DNA from: Eledone cirrhosa
Taxonomy: Eukaryota
Direction: 5' to 3'
Assembly: GCA_964016885.1 (NCBI GenBank)
Contig: OZ024740.1
Coordinates: forward strand, 340,814,001 to 340,878,000
DNA length: 64,000 bases
Below the pieces are notes generated by a model. The model was not told the origin of the DNA, did no database searches, and saw only the letters and a program-made list of their open reading frames with translations. Numbering within the stretch: the first letter of the stretch is position 1; every line of letters begins with the position of its first letter. The translations under genes and the position numbers were made by a program. Of this stretch, positions 38,615 to 53,696 are shown piece by piece.

Positions 38615-40488
38615 TATGTAGCTTGAAGGCAGACATTGATGTAGTGAGGAGTAGTAGATTATTATAATATTGACAATTTATTCTCAGGATAACAACATTT
38701 AATCCTATTTGATGAAATACTGCTGCAGTTTTTGATCCATCAATTACACTAAGCATCCACATTTGCAAGACTATTCAACTGAAGTTAGAACAAAGAGACA
38801 GACAGACAATTGTAAATGCATATGCGCGCACGTACACACATACAGTGCAATAGTAGCAGTGGTTGGGTATTAACATGAATGGCATGAACTGTAGTAGCAA
38901 GTGTTTTACTGCTGCACACCCTAACACTAACTACTCCAATGTGAAGTGGGAGTGCTATCAATTTAGCTTGGATATTGGAAGAAAAAGAAGAAAGACATTT
39001 TCAGAGGTGATCCAATCCATGGAGAGGGAAAGAGAAAGAGAGAGAGTGTGTATTGTGATAAATAAATATCAATTGTAAAAATGATAATTTAAACAACAGG
39101 TTGTGTGGTTACTCCACAGAGACAATTATCAGATGATGTTGCAATATATAGAATAACAGCATTAAAAGATGTTGCAGGAGAAATAGTGTAGTGATGATTT
39201 AACAGGATTATATAAGATATATATATATAGAGAGAGAAAGAGAGAGAGAGATGGGGGAGGGGGTAAGAGAGATTTGAGTCCGAAAGCTAAAATCCATTAG
39301 AAGAAATTTACAAACATATGTAGATAGATATAGCTAAATAGAAAGAAAAACTAATATTTAAGAAGAGCAGCAGCAGCAGTGACTGCAGTAGAGTGACAGC
39401 AGCAGCAGAGGTAAGAGAAGAAAAGTAGGATGATTTTCTTCTTTTACAGTAGTGACTACAATTTTACCAATAGTGTTACTAAGGAAACAGGTTGAAATTC
39501 AGCAAGAGTTCCTGCTTTGCTATTGATCTGTCATGCCAGATAGACAAGCAAGCAGCAGCGGCAGTAGCAGTAGTAGTAGTAGTAGTAAAAGCAGCAGCAG
39601 GAGGCAGTGATGTCATTCTCCTGCTTTTTCTACTCAATGAATGAACGTCACCAAGTCTGAGAAATAGATTGAAATGAGGTGTCGTTTTTTAGTTGATGTT
39701 TTATCAAGCAACTGGATTGGGGGACTGTGGAAGTAAGTGGAAGATGATATTGTAAGTGCTCAGTTGTTTGTGATTGGTAAGAACTAATGAGAGTTTGTGA
39801 AGCTAGATGTACAATAAAACATGGCTACTGTAGTAGTAAAAGACTGGCAAAGTAGTTAGCCAACAACAATCAATATTAAGGCTTTAAATGAAACAAGTCC
39901 AATATACATGCAAAAGCATGGTAAAATACCTGAGCAGTATGTAATGTGTAGGATTGTGAATATATTTTATTTGTACAGTAGCAATATTTCAATGTATTAG
40001 AAGTTAATACTTATTTATAACCTAAATATCAGTCAATATATAACTGGACATAATATTATAAAACATACTAGGCAATTCACATTAAATGCAGATGACATTA
40101 CATGTTAAATAGAGATGCCACTACATGATAATCACATGACACTACACGGTAAATACAACATTATACCATCATTTTTACGTCCACTTTTTTGCCATGTTTG
40201 CATGGGTTGGACAAGGCTTTCTGAGGCAATATTCTATGGCCAGGTGCCCTACTTGATGTCAACCCATATTTTATGTATGGTATTTACTACTGACATTTGT
40301 TAAACGCCACAGTCATACCTATGCCTACAGGCATAGCTGTGTGGTTAAGAATTTTGCTTCAGAACCACAAGATAGTAGATAGAAACTGGGAGGAGGCCCA
40401 TTGTATATATATATATATATATATATTGATTTAATACCAACGATCTTCGTTACTTTTATATTATAAATATATGTGTGTGTGTGTGTGT

Positions 40489-40525
<37 letters not shown>

Positions 40526-42786
40526 CACGCACAGACGTATATGCATATGAGTGCATGTATTTATATCAATCATCACTTACATCTTCATATCATCAGTCTG
40601 ACAGTTTGGCAAATGTGAGTGCTATACATCATACTTAAAGTATGGTTTGGCATTAGAAAAGGTACCTGACAAGAAAAACTGCCTTAAAATGTCTCATCCA
40701 ACCCATGCCAGCATGGAAAAAGCAGGTGTAAAATGATGACGATAACTATGTTACACAAAGATAACATTTAAATACAAATAACACTATATGTTAAACGAAA
40801 AGGTAACTCATAGAAATACTTCTGGCTTTGTTTAAATTATTTCATAAATTATGGATTATAGATTATTAAAACAAGGAAAAATGAGGTTTTAAGTTGCTTC
40901 AATCAATTAAATATTTTAGAGTGATTCTGCAGGACTAGATAAGAAAGTATTTAAAAGGGCTTTTTGCCCTACATTTCAATGTATCAAAGACTTTTCAGGT
41001 AGGATTCTATATCCAGATGCCGTTCCTAACACCAATGGTGACTGTGACTTTGAAGTTGCAGTGTTACTGCCTCTTCAGATAGCCAATAACTTAGATGTAA
41101 TTCTTCATTAGATGACACTTTTCTAACAAACAAATACCATAATCTCTTTAACCCTCATAAAGTTAAGGTTAGCTATTCCTATCTAGATAACATCACATGA
41201 TACAACAGAAAAAAACAAAGCACCCATACAGACCCCATCACAATCACCAACCTGTAACTGCTGACACCCCACCATTTGTCCTCAGAAGAATTATACGGGC
41301 TTACGAGCCAATGAGTTTAAGGGTAGATCTACTCAACATGCACACTCCTGAGTGCAGGAGCAAGGAAAATTGCACCTCCCAGTGATATTTCATCTAGAGG
41401 CTCTGGGAACAAAGGTGAAACATTCTCAACATCAAATGGAATATTCTAGACAGGGCACCCCATTACCTCTCTGGGAACTGCTATGGCCAGCTTTGCTTTC
41501 ATGAGGGGTTAAACATATTACAGAAACAGGAAAACCAATGTAACATTTTGCTGTCACCAAAGAAAGACTGTTATCTAATTTAAAACAACTGGCCCTGGAT
41601 ATCCTGCAAGAACCACCTTACCTTCACCTAGCCATGTGCATGTTCAAGTGGGCAGCATTCACCTTTGGACCAGCATATCAAAAGAACTCCTGCCTCAATT
41701 CCTACCAAATACACCAGATGAACGTCTCTGCTTAACCTCAAGCCAATTTCACACTATCAGCAAATATACTGGAATGATGCATGTACTGACTGCAGCAATG
41801 TCACCTGTTCAGAACATTGATAATGTAATGTAATCAACTGCTGTGTTGTTGACTGCAGTTTCAAACATATCATTTAATATGAGTTGATATAACATCAGGT
41901 GTTCTTAAAAAAGCCAGTTCACCACCTTTGCCATTTCAAATTTCATTTATTTGTTTTTACCACACTAGAAATAACTGGCCATGAAAGTGTTTCATAATGC
42001 AAAATCAAACGGAACTGTTAATATATATATCATCATTGTTTAACATCTATCTTCCACGCTAGCATGGGTTAGATGGGTTTGTCCAATTTAGAGGCAAGTT
42101 GGGTCGGGTGACTGTGTCTCGCTTATATAGGACTGTCTTTTAAACGACCACTTTACAGTGTGGGCTGGATGTTTTGTGGTACCAACATAATATATATATC
42201 ATGATAATGATATATACATATATATTTGTGTGTGTGTCTGAGTGGTCTGTGTATGCACACACATACATGATGAGCGCCATATAGTTTCTGTCTACCAATT
42301 TCATTCACAAGGCATTGGTCAACCCAAAGTAATAGTAGAAGACTCACACCAAAGGTGTCATGTAATGGATTAGAACCCAAGACTGCAGGGTTGTGAAGTG
42401 AATTCTTAACCATACAATCATGTTATACTATTGACGAGGGAGGGGGGTTCTTTAGTTTAATTATCTGAATTTTTCCAAAATGTTTTATTTTCGTTTATCT
42501 ATTGATTTTGTTTTTATTTGAAAGATACATTCCTTCAAGTAGATGATAGAATTGCTTTGATTGACTCTTGTAGTCATTAATTATGGTAAGGAAAAATATT
42601 AGCATAAATTATTATTTTGAAGTATTTCAAATACAAAGCAGAATTCTATGACCTGATGTCATACCTCACGTCTTTTAAAGTAAGGTACAGGTCTTTGCAT
42701 GTCTAACCAACTAAACTGCTGAACAACTATTATGCAGGATGTAAACAAATATTACCACCCATGACAGCATAAAAAATGGACAGAAA

Positions 42787-42817
<31 letters not shown>

Positions 42818-42967
42818 GCTAATGATAGAAAATAGAAACAGAAGAGTCAGAGACAAACAAACACGCAAACAGATAAACATACAGAGGCCTGCTAGGCTAA
42901 CTCCTGCTTTTGCTTTAAACACTTGTTGATTAATAATTCAAACGAAGAATAAATTTAAAAGTAGAAT

Positions 42968-44745
42968 ACATCATCATTATCATCATCATCATCATCATCA
43001 TCATCATTTAACGTCTATCTTCCACGCTAGCATGGGTTTAGACGGGAATTGTCCCACTTGAGGCAAGATTGGTTGTCTCACTCGTATGGGACTGTCTGGC
43101 AAGTTTTCTACGGCTGGATGCCCTTCCTAACACCAACCACGTTTACAGTGTGGACTGGGAGGTTTTTACCGTGTTACCTACATGGCCACATTACAGCGTG
43201 GACTGTGTTTTTTTGTCGTGACACCTACACGACCTCATTTATTTAGGACTGGATGTTGTGGTACCAACATAACTTTACAGAGAAAGGGGTGGTGTTGATG
43301 GGGGTGGGGGTAGTGGGAGGGGGTGTATATTTGATTAAGAGGTGCCTACTGACTGTAGGTTTCGCTTTGTACTTAGGCAAGGTGGGTTTTCTGTATTACT
43401 GTGTACCGCCAAAGATCTTGGTCCAGTGACATTGTCTTAGAGAGGTGAAAGTGTGTAGGGTTGGAATTTATCAAATCGCCCCAGGTTTTTCTGGGTCTGC
43501 CTACTCCGTAACTTCCGTCAATTTTGATCGCTCTGCACATTTTTATACAGCTGTCGTCTTTCATGCATATCACGTGACCATACCAACGTAGTTTTCTCTT
43601 GAGTAAACAGCATCATACCTAATTTCTCATTTAGTTCATTTATGCTTTGCTGTTCACATATATTACTATTACACATCCAGCGGAACATGCATGCTTCGTT
43701 CCTCTCCAGTCTGCGCAGATCCTCTGCATACAATGCCCATGTCTCACTGCCATGTAACATAGCTGTTCATATGCAGGCATCATACAGTCTGCCTTTAATT
43801 TTTAGAGAGAAACCTTTAGCGGCCAATAGCAGTATAAGCTCTCTGAACTTTTTCCATCCCGTTCTGACTCTGGCTACTGTACTTTCTGAGCACCCTCCAC
43901 CACTGCTGATTTTGTCACCCAGGTAACGGAAGGTGTCCACTATTTCTATAGAGCCATCTGGGCAATAGAAGGAGCTAGTATCCTGTGAGCACTTGCTACT
44001 TATTGCACCTGAACACTGGCCACATATAAAATCTACGTTCTTAGATAGCTTACCTGTGATCCCACTACATCTTTTATGCACCCATACTTTGCATTTGGGA
44101 CATACAATGGAATGTCTGTCTACTCATTTCCTACACAGTGAGCATGGCCATTTCCCAGAGGGGACCTGTGCCCTATTTTCCTTCCTACATACTAGAACTT
44201 TAGTCTTAGATAAGTTAACTTTAATGCCTTTTGTTTCTAGGCCATGCTTCCATGTTTGGAATTTCTTCTCTAGTTCAGCCATCGATTCAGCTATGAGCTG
44301 CATAGAGAAGTTCCCATGGGCAGCCGGTCTTGAACTCCTCTGTTATAGCCTGAAGGGCAATAATAAATAGGAGGGGGCTAAGGACAGAGCCCTGATGAAC
44401 AACTTTTACGCTAAATTCTTCACTATATTCGTTGTTAATTCTAACCTTGCTGACTGTCTCTTTATTCATGGCTTGTATAGCTCTCACAAGCCATTCATCA
44501 ACCCCTAGTTTTCTAAGGGCCCACTAGATAATGGTGCGGGGGGACTCTGTCAAATGCTTTCTCCAAGTAAACAAAAGCTAAGTATAGGGGTTTACTTTTA
44601 GCTAGGTACTTCTCCTGTAGTTGTCGTGCAAGGAAAAGGGCATCTGTGGTACTTTTACCTGACACAAACCCAAACTGCATTTCATCTAGATCAATTTGCT
44701 CTCTGATTAGTTGCGCTATAATACAACAATTAGTTATTTTTGTAC
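42968..44745 (-). mobile_element. RTE LINE, ~1.8 kb, RT domain pseudogene
   Basis: QFGFVSGKSTTDA...LEKAFDRVP, VHQGSVLSPLLF, PWELLYA, PHD-like HKRCSGI...FICGQC, FRYLG, LHGSETW, GRPRKTW; frameshifted; (CAT)n tail on +. Confidence 0.95.
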
Positions 44746-45586
44746 AGCCCTGGGTTAGCTCTGTTTGAACAAACATATCAACAAAGGTATTCTACCAATA
44801 ACTATAGTCTTTTTTTTCCAAACACAATGTATAGCAGACACTATCTGTCTAATGTGTCCTTCCTTTTTTAAACCTATGGGTGTAATTTAATGGATATTTG
44901 GCTATTATTTCCAACAAATTGAGTGACCATGTAGATGATCTCTCATTGACACAAAGCAGCAATTAGGTGAAACTAAAAATTCAGCTCCTTCTTCTTTTGT
45001 TAAAATGATGCAATGAGAAAAATATTCGATCTAAGAATGGAATTACACTTGCATCATGCCCCTGAGTGCATCAGTAAGCTGCAATGATGATATCTGTACA
45101 TTTGGTAATATGAATTGAAATGAAATTTAGGTTAATTCATGAATAATATCAAGTGCTGCAAGTGTTTGTAAAATCAATAAAACTGAACAGTTTGCTGTAA
45201 ATTGTGATAACTTAATTGAGACATAAATTAGTTTTGCTCCAAACATTTAACGTAAGGTTTCTACTACATAAATAACTATTCACAAATAACTAATGAAGAA
45301 AACCAATATTAAAATAGTTAAATTGCTTGTGCATTAACAGTGTTTTGTTTCAATGTTATACTGCACTACAGAATATATCTACAGGTTTTTAGCCAACACT
45401 ATCAGTATAGACAGATGTAAACACCTTGTATATGTATATATACAATATAAGTGCTTAAATTTTATAGACCAATAATGCATTTTTGGCAGCTAATAGAAAA
45501 GCTACAGAATATAGGAATAAGGTCCTTGACTCTTTATATATAGTCCTCTTTGGATTTTGGTCTTTGTATTTATTATTACTATATAT

Positions 45587-45854
45587 ATCATCATCGTTTA
45601 ACATCCATCTTCCACGCTGGCATGGGTTAGACGGTTTTGTTCCATTTGATGCGGGAATGGTTGGGAGACCATGCCTCGCTCGCACGGAAGTATCTCTGAC
45701 GGGTCTTTTACAGCTGGATGCCCTTCCTAACACCAACCACATTTACAGTGTGGACTGGAAGCCTTTTCACAATGTCTCCTACATGGCCACCGACACAGTG
45801 GACGGAACGGGAGGAGGATGGGGTGGAGGTGTGGGGGCAGGGTGTACATTGGGT

Positions 45855-45860
<6 letters not shown>
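45587..45860 (-). mobile_element. RTE-type 3' UTR fragment
   Basis: CATCATC-GTTTAACATCC...CATGGGTTAGACGG tail and CAGCTGGATGCCCTTCCTAACACCAACC block. Confidence 0.8.
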
Positions 45861-45886
<26 letters not shown>

Positions 45887-46053
45887 CGGGTAGTAATAGT
45901 AGTAGTAGTTATAATTATTCCTTTCTACTATTTTATTTGTGAGGTTGTGCACATAAAAATGATGATACATATAGATATTGTATCCCGGGTTCAATCGGGG
46001 GTAACCACAGTAAGTAAGGTACTCATTGCATAGTAGAGTATATACAATATTTA

Positions 46054-46165
46054 ATATAGAAATGGCTTCTACAGGACTAGAATTGTTTCATTCGAAGGAA
46101 ATCATTAATTTCCTGATGATTTCCTTCAAATGAAAATTCTAGTCCTGTAGAAGCCATTTCTATAT
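46054..46165. repeat. Near-perfect 112-bp palindrome with hammerhead-like core
   Basis: 31-bp perfect outer arms plus 20-bp inner arms (1 mismatch); contains CTGATGA-TTTC-CTTC-(G/A)AAT-GAAA. Confidence 0.9.
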
Positions 46166-46172
46166 CTATCTA

Positions 46173-46259
<87 letters not shown>

Positions 46260-46740
46260 TGTAGCACAGTATAGCATTAAAATCGTTATCTACAATCTCA
46301 CTTTCATTTTTCACCAATTTGTTTCACCAATTTGTTAGATGAAATTTCTTGTTCTTCACATTAGAGAGAAAAAGCAACAACTTTTGCTTTACTCTACGAA
46401 TTATAAAAAAATTATTATTGTAAGTCATTCCCCCAAAGGTGGCAAGTAACAAGCAAACCACTTGTGAAAAGAAAAGGGAAAAAGTGAAAATCTAATGAGA
46501 CTCTGCCCTTGAAATCAGAAAATGATCAACAGAAAATTTAATAGAATTAAGATTATACCCTGCAAGTAATGGAAAAGGAAGAGAGTTCCATAAGACAAAC
46601 ATTCATGAAAAGAAACTACTACAGTAGAAACTCTTATAAGAGAAGACAACCACAGTCAAAGGATGGGAATTAGTAGTCACTCAATTAGCACACAGTCATG
46701 CCTGCACTTATAAACACATGCCAAAATTAAAAATGGATGG

Positions 46741-47195
46741 TATAATAATTGTTTCTACTTTAGACACAAGGCCAGCAATTTTTGGGGAAGAGAAAGTCGA
46801 TTAAATCGACACCAGTGCAAGACTGGTACTTTATATTATTGACCCCAAAATGATGAAAGGGCCGTAACTCTATGCTGCTAAGCAAGGTGTCAAACACTCT
46901 ACCAAATCTGCCATCCCACCACCCTAATGGATCTTATAATAATTGTTTCTACTTTTGGCACAAGGCCAGCAATTATCCCAGTGTATTACTGGTACTTTAT
47001 TTTATCGACCCTGTAAGGATGAAAGGCAAAGTTAACCTCGGCAGGATTTGAATGGATGTTATAATAATTGTTTCTACTTTTGGCATAAGGCCAGCAATTA
47101 CCCAGTGCATTACTGGTACTTTATTTTATCGACCCCGTAAGGATGAAAAGCAAAGTTAACCTCGGCGGGATTTGAACTCAGAATGGCAAGGGCCA
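46741..47195 (-). mobile_element. Three head-to-tail SINE family B copies
   Basis: Three repeats of ATAATTGTTTCTACTTT...GGCCAGCAATT...GGTACTTTAT, each preceded by an AATGGAT(G/C)(G/T)TAT spacer. Confidence 0.85.
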
Positions 47196-47829
47196 CAACA
47201 ATGATAGCAGACATATACTTTTTAAACCATTATTTCTTTGGTACCACACCAATTATTTAGTTTTATTTAATCTTTTCTTCTCTCCATGTTTAACAGGTTC
47301 TCTTGCCTAGATTTGATTATCAAGAATTCTATCTTTTATGATTCTTTAGTCTAAAGATGATAACTCAATCCTTTGTAGATACAATCAAAATTCTACTGGT
47401 AAAGTTGATAAGCAGTCCCAAGCATAATTTTTTTACTTCATCAACTGTTTCAGTTTTTACAAAAATGTTATCTTCTTTTCTAAACTATCAAAATAAGATT
47501 ATGCCTAAACTATTACGTCAAGTTAGCAATCTAAAAGATGAAAACATATCTTTATACATGATTTTATTTCCAATCTATACCAGCATAGAAATCAGACGTA
47601 AAATGATGATAATGGTGATAAAATGATCATGATTATATATTATCAAGTTTTGCTTTCTCAAATTAATCATGTTGAAACTAGCTGGCTGAATTCACTGAAC
47701 GGTTTGTGGCAGAAAGAACATTCCGACATCAAAACATTTACTTGAACAATATGCAAATATAAAAAAAGAAAAGGACTAGCAATACTAGCATGGAAAAACA
47801 GAAGTAAAACAGCAACAAATAAATCATAA

Positions 47830-48530
47830 AATCATGGTTTCTAATTTTGGTATAAGTCAGCAATTTTTTGGTTGTGGTGCAGAGTCCATGAAACTAATCC
47901 CAATACTTGACTGGTACTTTATTTTATCAACCTCAGCAAGATTTTAACTCAGAACATAAAGAGCCAGAACAAATACTGCTAAGTATTTACCTGAAACTCT
48001 AACAATTCAGCCAATCCACCACAATGTTTTATTTCATTGAAATATTTTCAGAGATAGTCAGTTAAGAACATACACAAGAGAAACTGCAATTTGAATTCAT
48101 GTATAGAGTAAGTGTATGATTTCTAACATTTCTAGATACAAGGTCACATATTTGGGGAGAAGAGTGTAGTTGATTAAAAACACCCTAGTGCTTGACTTAT
48201 TTTATTGAACCAGGAAGGATGAAAGGCCAAGTTAACCTTGCAGAGTTTAAATTCAGAACATGAAAGGAAATAGCTAAATACTGGAAGGCATTTTGTCTAG
48301 TGCTCTATTGATTCTGGCATCCACTGCCATATGCTATGACATAATAATGTAACAAAATAAGAGAATATTAAACCGTTTGTTTAGCTCTAATCCTTGTACC
48401 AAGGCAGTGAATTGGCAGAGTTGTTAGAGTAATAGATTAAATGCTTTTGTTTCAGTTCACTGCACTCTGAGTTCAAATCTCATGGAGGTCAACAAATAAA
48501 GTACCTGTCCAGTACTGGGGTTAATTCTTT
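47830..48530. mobile_element. Cluster of older SINE family B copies (two minus, one plus)
   Basis: Degenerate matches to the B box and the GGTACTTT(T)ATTTTAT block at ~47830-48020, ~48130-48330 and ~48405-48525. Confidence 0.65.
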
Positions 48531-51500
48531 CATTCTATTTTTTTCTCACTTTCTCTCTTTCACTCCCTTTCATTCTCTGGAAGAAATCGGCTGTGTTGAG
48601 AAATAGAGAGGGATGGGCTCAACCAGGCTTAAATTTCTAATACATACTATGTAACAGGATAGCATCCATTAGGAGTTAAGGGCTCTTACTCTTACATTTC
48701 CCAATCCCTATTCTAGTTCAAAAAATGCCTGTAAGAAATAGCTGTAAAAACATCAAACTAGTATAGGGTTGGTTATGGATTGGCAGAATTGTTAGAATGT
48801 CAGACAAAATGACTATGATATCTGCTCTTCCACTTTGTGTTCTAAATTCAAACCCTGCTGTAGCCTACTTGGATGGTAGATTTAATCCATTACTCAGTTT
48901 AATGCCACCACCTGGTACTTGGGTACCTTTAGTAGAGTCTACTTTATTGAAAGCATTTGGATCAGATCTCCAGTTTGAGAATACCTTCTTCCCAATTTCC
49001 CACCAGCCCTGAAGGTCTTGAAAAGAGTAATGGGCACTGCCCTTCCTTCCCTAACTAAACAGTAAAGAAAACACACACACATATGTGTGTGTGTTCCTCC
49101 ATGTATGTCTTTATGTTGACACTTTAAAAATAACAGGTGATGGTTGTTTCAGTCCAACAGCATAGTAGTTCCACGGGTGTATATCAGTGAAAAAAAATAA
49201 TACCATATTTAAAAAGAAGTGTGGGTTGGCATTAGAAATGAAATCCTGGCCATCGACTACTACCTCTCGTCCAACCCATGCCAACCTGGAAACAGTGGAT
49301 ATAAAAACATACAGTAATTACAGTAGCAGTAGTATCAAGTGTGGTCTGCCAAGCTAAATATCTAGTAAAAGATTGTTTTTAGACAGTTTTTATGTAGTTA
49401 ATTTTTTCTTATAATTATATTTGCATATATTATAGCTTTTTATTCTAATGCACATACATCTCTCTAATGAAGAAATATTTTCAGCTTTCTATGATGTTAG
49501 AAAGTGTATTTATTTTTCATTTTCATTTTGTGACTTTAAAAAAATATCTTTATTTTTTACTTTGTTTATTTGTAATTTTAAATTAATTTCAACACATAAA
49601 ACAGAAAGTAAAGAATTTTTTAGTGTTTCACACTTCTCTTTAATAAATACTCTTATGTTCTACTTCCAATTTTCTCTATTTTAACCCTTTTGTTATTAAC
49701 CAGCCTGAAATTGCCCCTGGTTCTATGACACAAACTGCCCATTTTGAAATGTGCACACCAACATAATTTTAAGTAAGCGGTTTTCTTATTAACTAATGTT
49801 CAAACATCAGCTTACTAATGAAAAAAAATCAGTTATTTTATTAAATCCCTCTAAATATATTTAATTTTTACAATTAATTGAAACACATTGGCAGTGTTTT
49901 TCATTAGAAATTTAGTAACTTAAACTATATTCCTCCTTGTCTTGAGTCACCTCTCCATTGAAAGTGAAGCCCCCTCACAAATATAATTTTTCTTGACAGT
50001 ACATCACTTACAGCTACTAAGATACAATTAAATTGCATCTTCCTATCTTTCTACACCCCCCCCTCCCCTCCACCACCACCACTATTTGCATCTTCTTATC
50101 TTCTCACTACCATTTGCTATACATTTGATCTTATGTCTTTCAATTTCCCTTCTCTTCTCTCTATCCTTTTCTTTTCTGTTCTTTCTTTCTTTTGCTCCAA
50201 ATACTGTGCTTTTATTGCATTTAGCCTACATTTTATACCTTAGTCAACCATTCGTTTTTTTTAGAATCTATATATTTAAACATTAGAACATTATTCTTAG
50301 AAACGTTGCTGTCACCAAATGTTTATAACTGCAAGTTTTTCTTTAAAGAAAATAAAAATAATATATGTATGAGTTCTTTATGCTTGGTTTCGAAAAATAT
50401 TCATAAAATTTCTATTGGATTATCTAATGTTTGCAATAAAAAAGGAAAAAGAATGAAAATAGCAAAAGGGAAAGAGAGGAGGATAGGCAGAATATCTCAG
50501 TTGCGCCATGCGGACAAAATGGTAAAGGCATAGCCACAGAGAACAACCAGCAACACCTGCTTCATCAACGACTCCACGTCACAGGGCTCCTTCCTCAGGC
50601 AGTATGCATTCCTCCCAAGTTTGCAGAGGAAAATGGCTGGACAGGGACTGAAAACACTAGAAGTCTTGATGGCGACTGGCAAGAAAAGGAAGTAGTCTCT
50701 CAAGTCCTGGTATTTGGCTATTTTCCACTTCCTGATGCCAACCCATACTTTATTATTTTTTAAATATGGTATATATCACTGACATCCATCAATCCTCTGA
50801 GTTGTGGAGATTTATTGCTTACGAGGAACATAAACAAATGACACTGCTTGCTTTTGATATGGAAATGTATGTAGCTTCTGGTACATATATACAACAAGTT
50901 TTCTTACATTTTCAGTCTACCAAATTCACTCACATGGCATTGGTCAGCCTGAGGCTATAGAAGAAGACACTTGTCCAAGGTGCTATACATTGAGATCAAA
51001 TCCGTAACCACATGGTTGTAAAGTAAACTTTTTAACCATACAGCAATGCCTGTGCCTATATTATATATAAAACCATGTAGTTGATACATATAAGATGCAG
51101 TAGGATATTCTGGCAAATTGACAGAAATTTAGGACTTCATAGAAGCCAGATACAATTAGTAGTGGGGACAGTCTTAACCTAGCTTATACTTGAGTAGCCT
51201 CCATTATCACCAAACAGGAGTTATCTATGCTCTTCACATATTTAAACCAATTCAGCTGACTCTCCTTCACACATCTATTAATGCTTCTAATGGCCAGCTA
51301 CTCTCTCAGCAAATGGACTTCATCATTTGTACAATTTTTACAATATGTGACTCATTTTCTTCAGATACAAGCCTGGAATTTCATGGAGAAAACATACACT
51401 GACCAGTTAGCACTATTACGTAGGTCATGACCTGAGCATTGTTAAAGATACACACATAATTATATCTATTTATCTCTCTTGTGTGGAGAGATGCTGTGCT

Positions 51501-51560
51501 GAATAGGACCCACCCCACCCTTGCAAGCAGGGAAAAGCAGATGTAAAATGATGATGATGA

Positions 51561-51562
<2 letters not shown>

Positions 51563-51656
<94 letters not shown>
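51563..51656. repeat. (TA)n(CA)n microsatellite
   Basis: Directly visible. Confidence 0.95.
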
Positions 51657-51657
<1 letters not shown>

Positions 51658-52260
51658 AAAGGTAAATAGATAAACAACACAGGGAAACAATACATAGTCA
51701 CTCCAGTTGATGTTTAATATGATGTGCAGGCACTGTTGGTAGAATCTCTCCAGTGGATATGACACGCCCAAGATAGAACTACTGCACAGCATTTAGCTTG
51801 GCCTGCTTGATGGAAATATTTGGTGGATGGTATGCACACACATACACGTTTAGTATTGATGTTCGTGAGAATAAGTACTCAATACCATAGTAGAGATTGA
51901 TTATTTTTATTTAAGTCAAGTTAGTATACTGTTATTCTGCGGTTTCTCCTCTGTGTTCACAGGGTAATAGAATAGCAAGACACTGACTTCATTTTGATAA
52001 AGTTATTCATACACACACACACACATATATCATGTTCTTTGCTAGAAAGCAAAGAAGACTAGGTATAATTGAGTACTCTATATATATATATATTAACAAT
52101 CTGTAGAGTTCCATTTATTTTATATATGTTATATTTGGAATATGATCTCAAAGGCTTTTGAAACAAAATTCAAATAACTAATATTCCTGGCAATCAGATC
52201 ACACAACTGTGAGTGGATAACTGAATGAAACCATCCATAGAACAATGATTGAAATAAAAT

Positions 52261-52751
<491 letters not shown>

Positions 52752-53154
52752 TACACACATATGCCAACAGTCAACCCTATGCCAGTATGGAAAAACAAAC
52801 ATTAAATGATGACAATTATATATACATACACGTACATATACACACACACAAATATATACAGGTAATGTCTTATATATTACTATAATGCACTGTCAACTCC
52901 AACAGGTGATATTGATTGTTGGAATTGTTTGGTTGAAGTTTGGGTTACCTTTCTTTTTAAGTAATTTAGATTAATTCCATGAATAAACTTACAATTGTTT
53001 AATATCTATTCAAAATGGGTGCATTTACAACAAATGTTTCCTTTTTTTGTACAATCCTGATAATAAATAAAAACATAACAATCAACAAGGTAAACAATTT
53101 AAATCCCAGAGATAACCATTTAAAAACAGAGACAGTATTGCCATATTTTTCTAC

Positions 53155-53410
53155 TTAACCTTTTCATTACCATATTTTTAATAAAATACTCTGCCTATGT
53201 GTTTCAATTAATGTTGAAAATAACCAAATATAGGAGAAATTTAATAAAATAACTACGTTTTTCATTAATAAGCTGGTACTTAGAACATTACATAACAAAA
53301 ACTTTTAAAAGAAAATTGTGATGGAAGATTTTAATAAACATTTTAAAATGAGCAGTTTTGTACCATAGAACCAGGACTGGTTTCAGGTGGTTTGGTATCA
53401 AGAGGGTTAA
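53155..53410. mobile_element. TTAA-flanked ~240-bp MITE family
   Basis: TTAACCTTTTCATTACCA ... TGGTATCAAGAGGGTTAA; related copies at 959-1192, 20692-20931, 29678-29901, 49681-~49925 and ~60620-60853; fragments at ~22104 and ~33890. Confidence 0.75.
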
Positions 53411-53696
53411 ATGAAATTATCAATCAGAGTAATAGTGATACAAAATACAAGACTTAATGGTTTAATATAGCACAAAACTGGTTGCAATAGTGTGGTTCTT
53501 GAAATATAATGCTGGTGGCTCAGGTGGCTATACTAAACAGGGCAAGATACTAAAGATATTGTTAAGATGAGCACAATGTGGAAAGTGACTGCTTTTGGCC
53601 AAACAAAATCTATCATAGTTGAAGACAAAGCACAGAATTGCTAAATACCAGTTTGAATAGCAATGAAATGCTGAAGCCTTATTTCTCCATTGTGAA

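Noticed and set aside
41160-41830. Possible old LINE fragment
   Set aside because: The composition is suggestive, but no diagnostic RT or endonuclease motif could be read.
46741-47195. CRISPR-like repeat/spacer array
   Set aside because: Eukaryotic context; the units are SINE copies of unequal length and there are no cas genes.
47430-47450. TTACTTCAT as the donor end of G-alpha-o exon 2
   Set aside because: The preceding minus-strand codons do not encode GKSTIVKQ.
50480-50710. GC-richer patch, possibly an exon or L1/Tx1 fragment
   Set aside because: No G-alpha similarity and no motif I can identify confidently.
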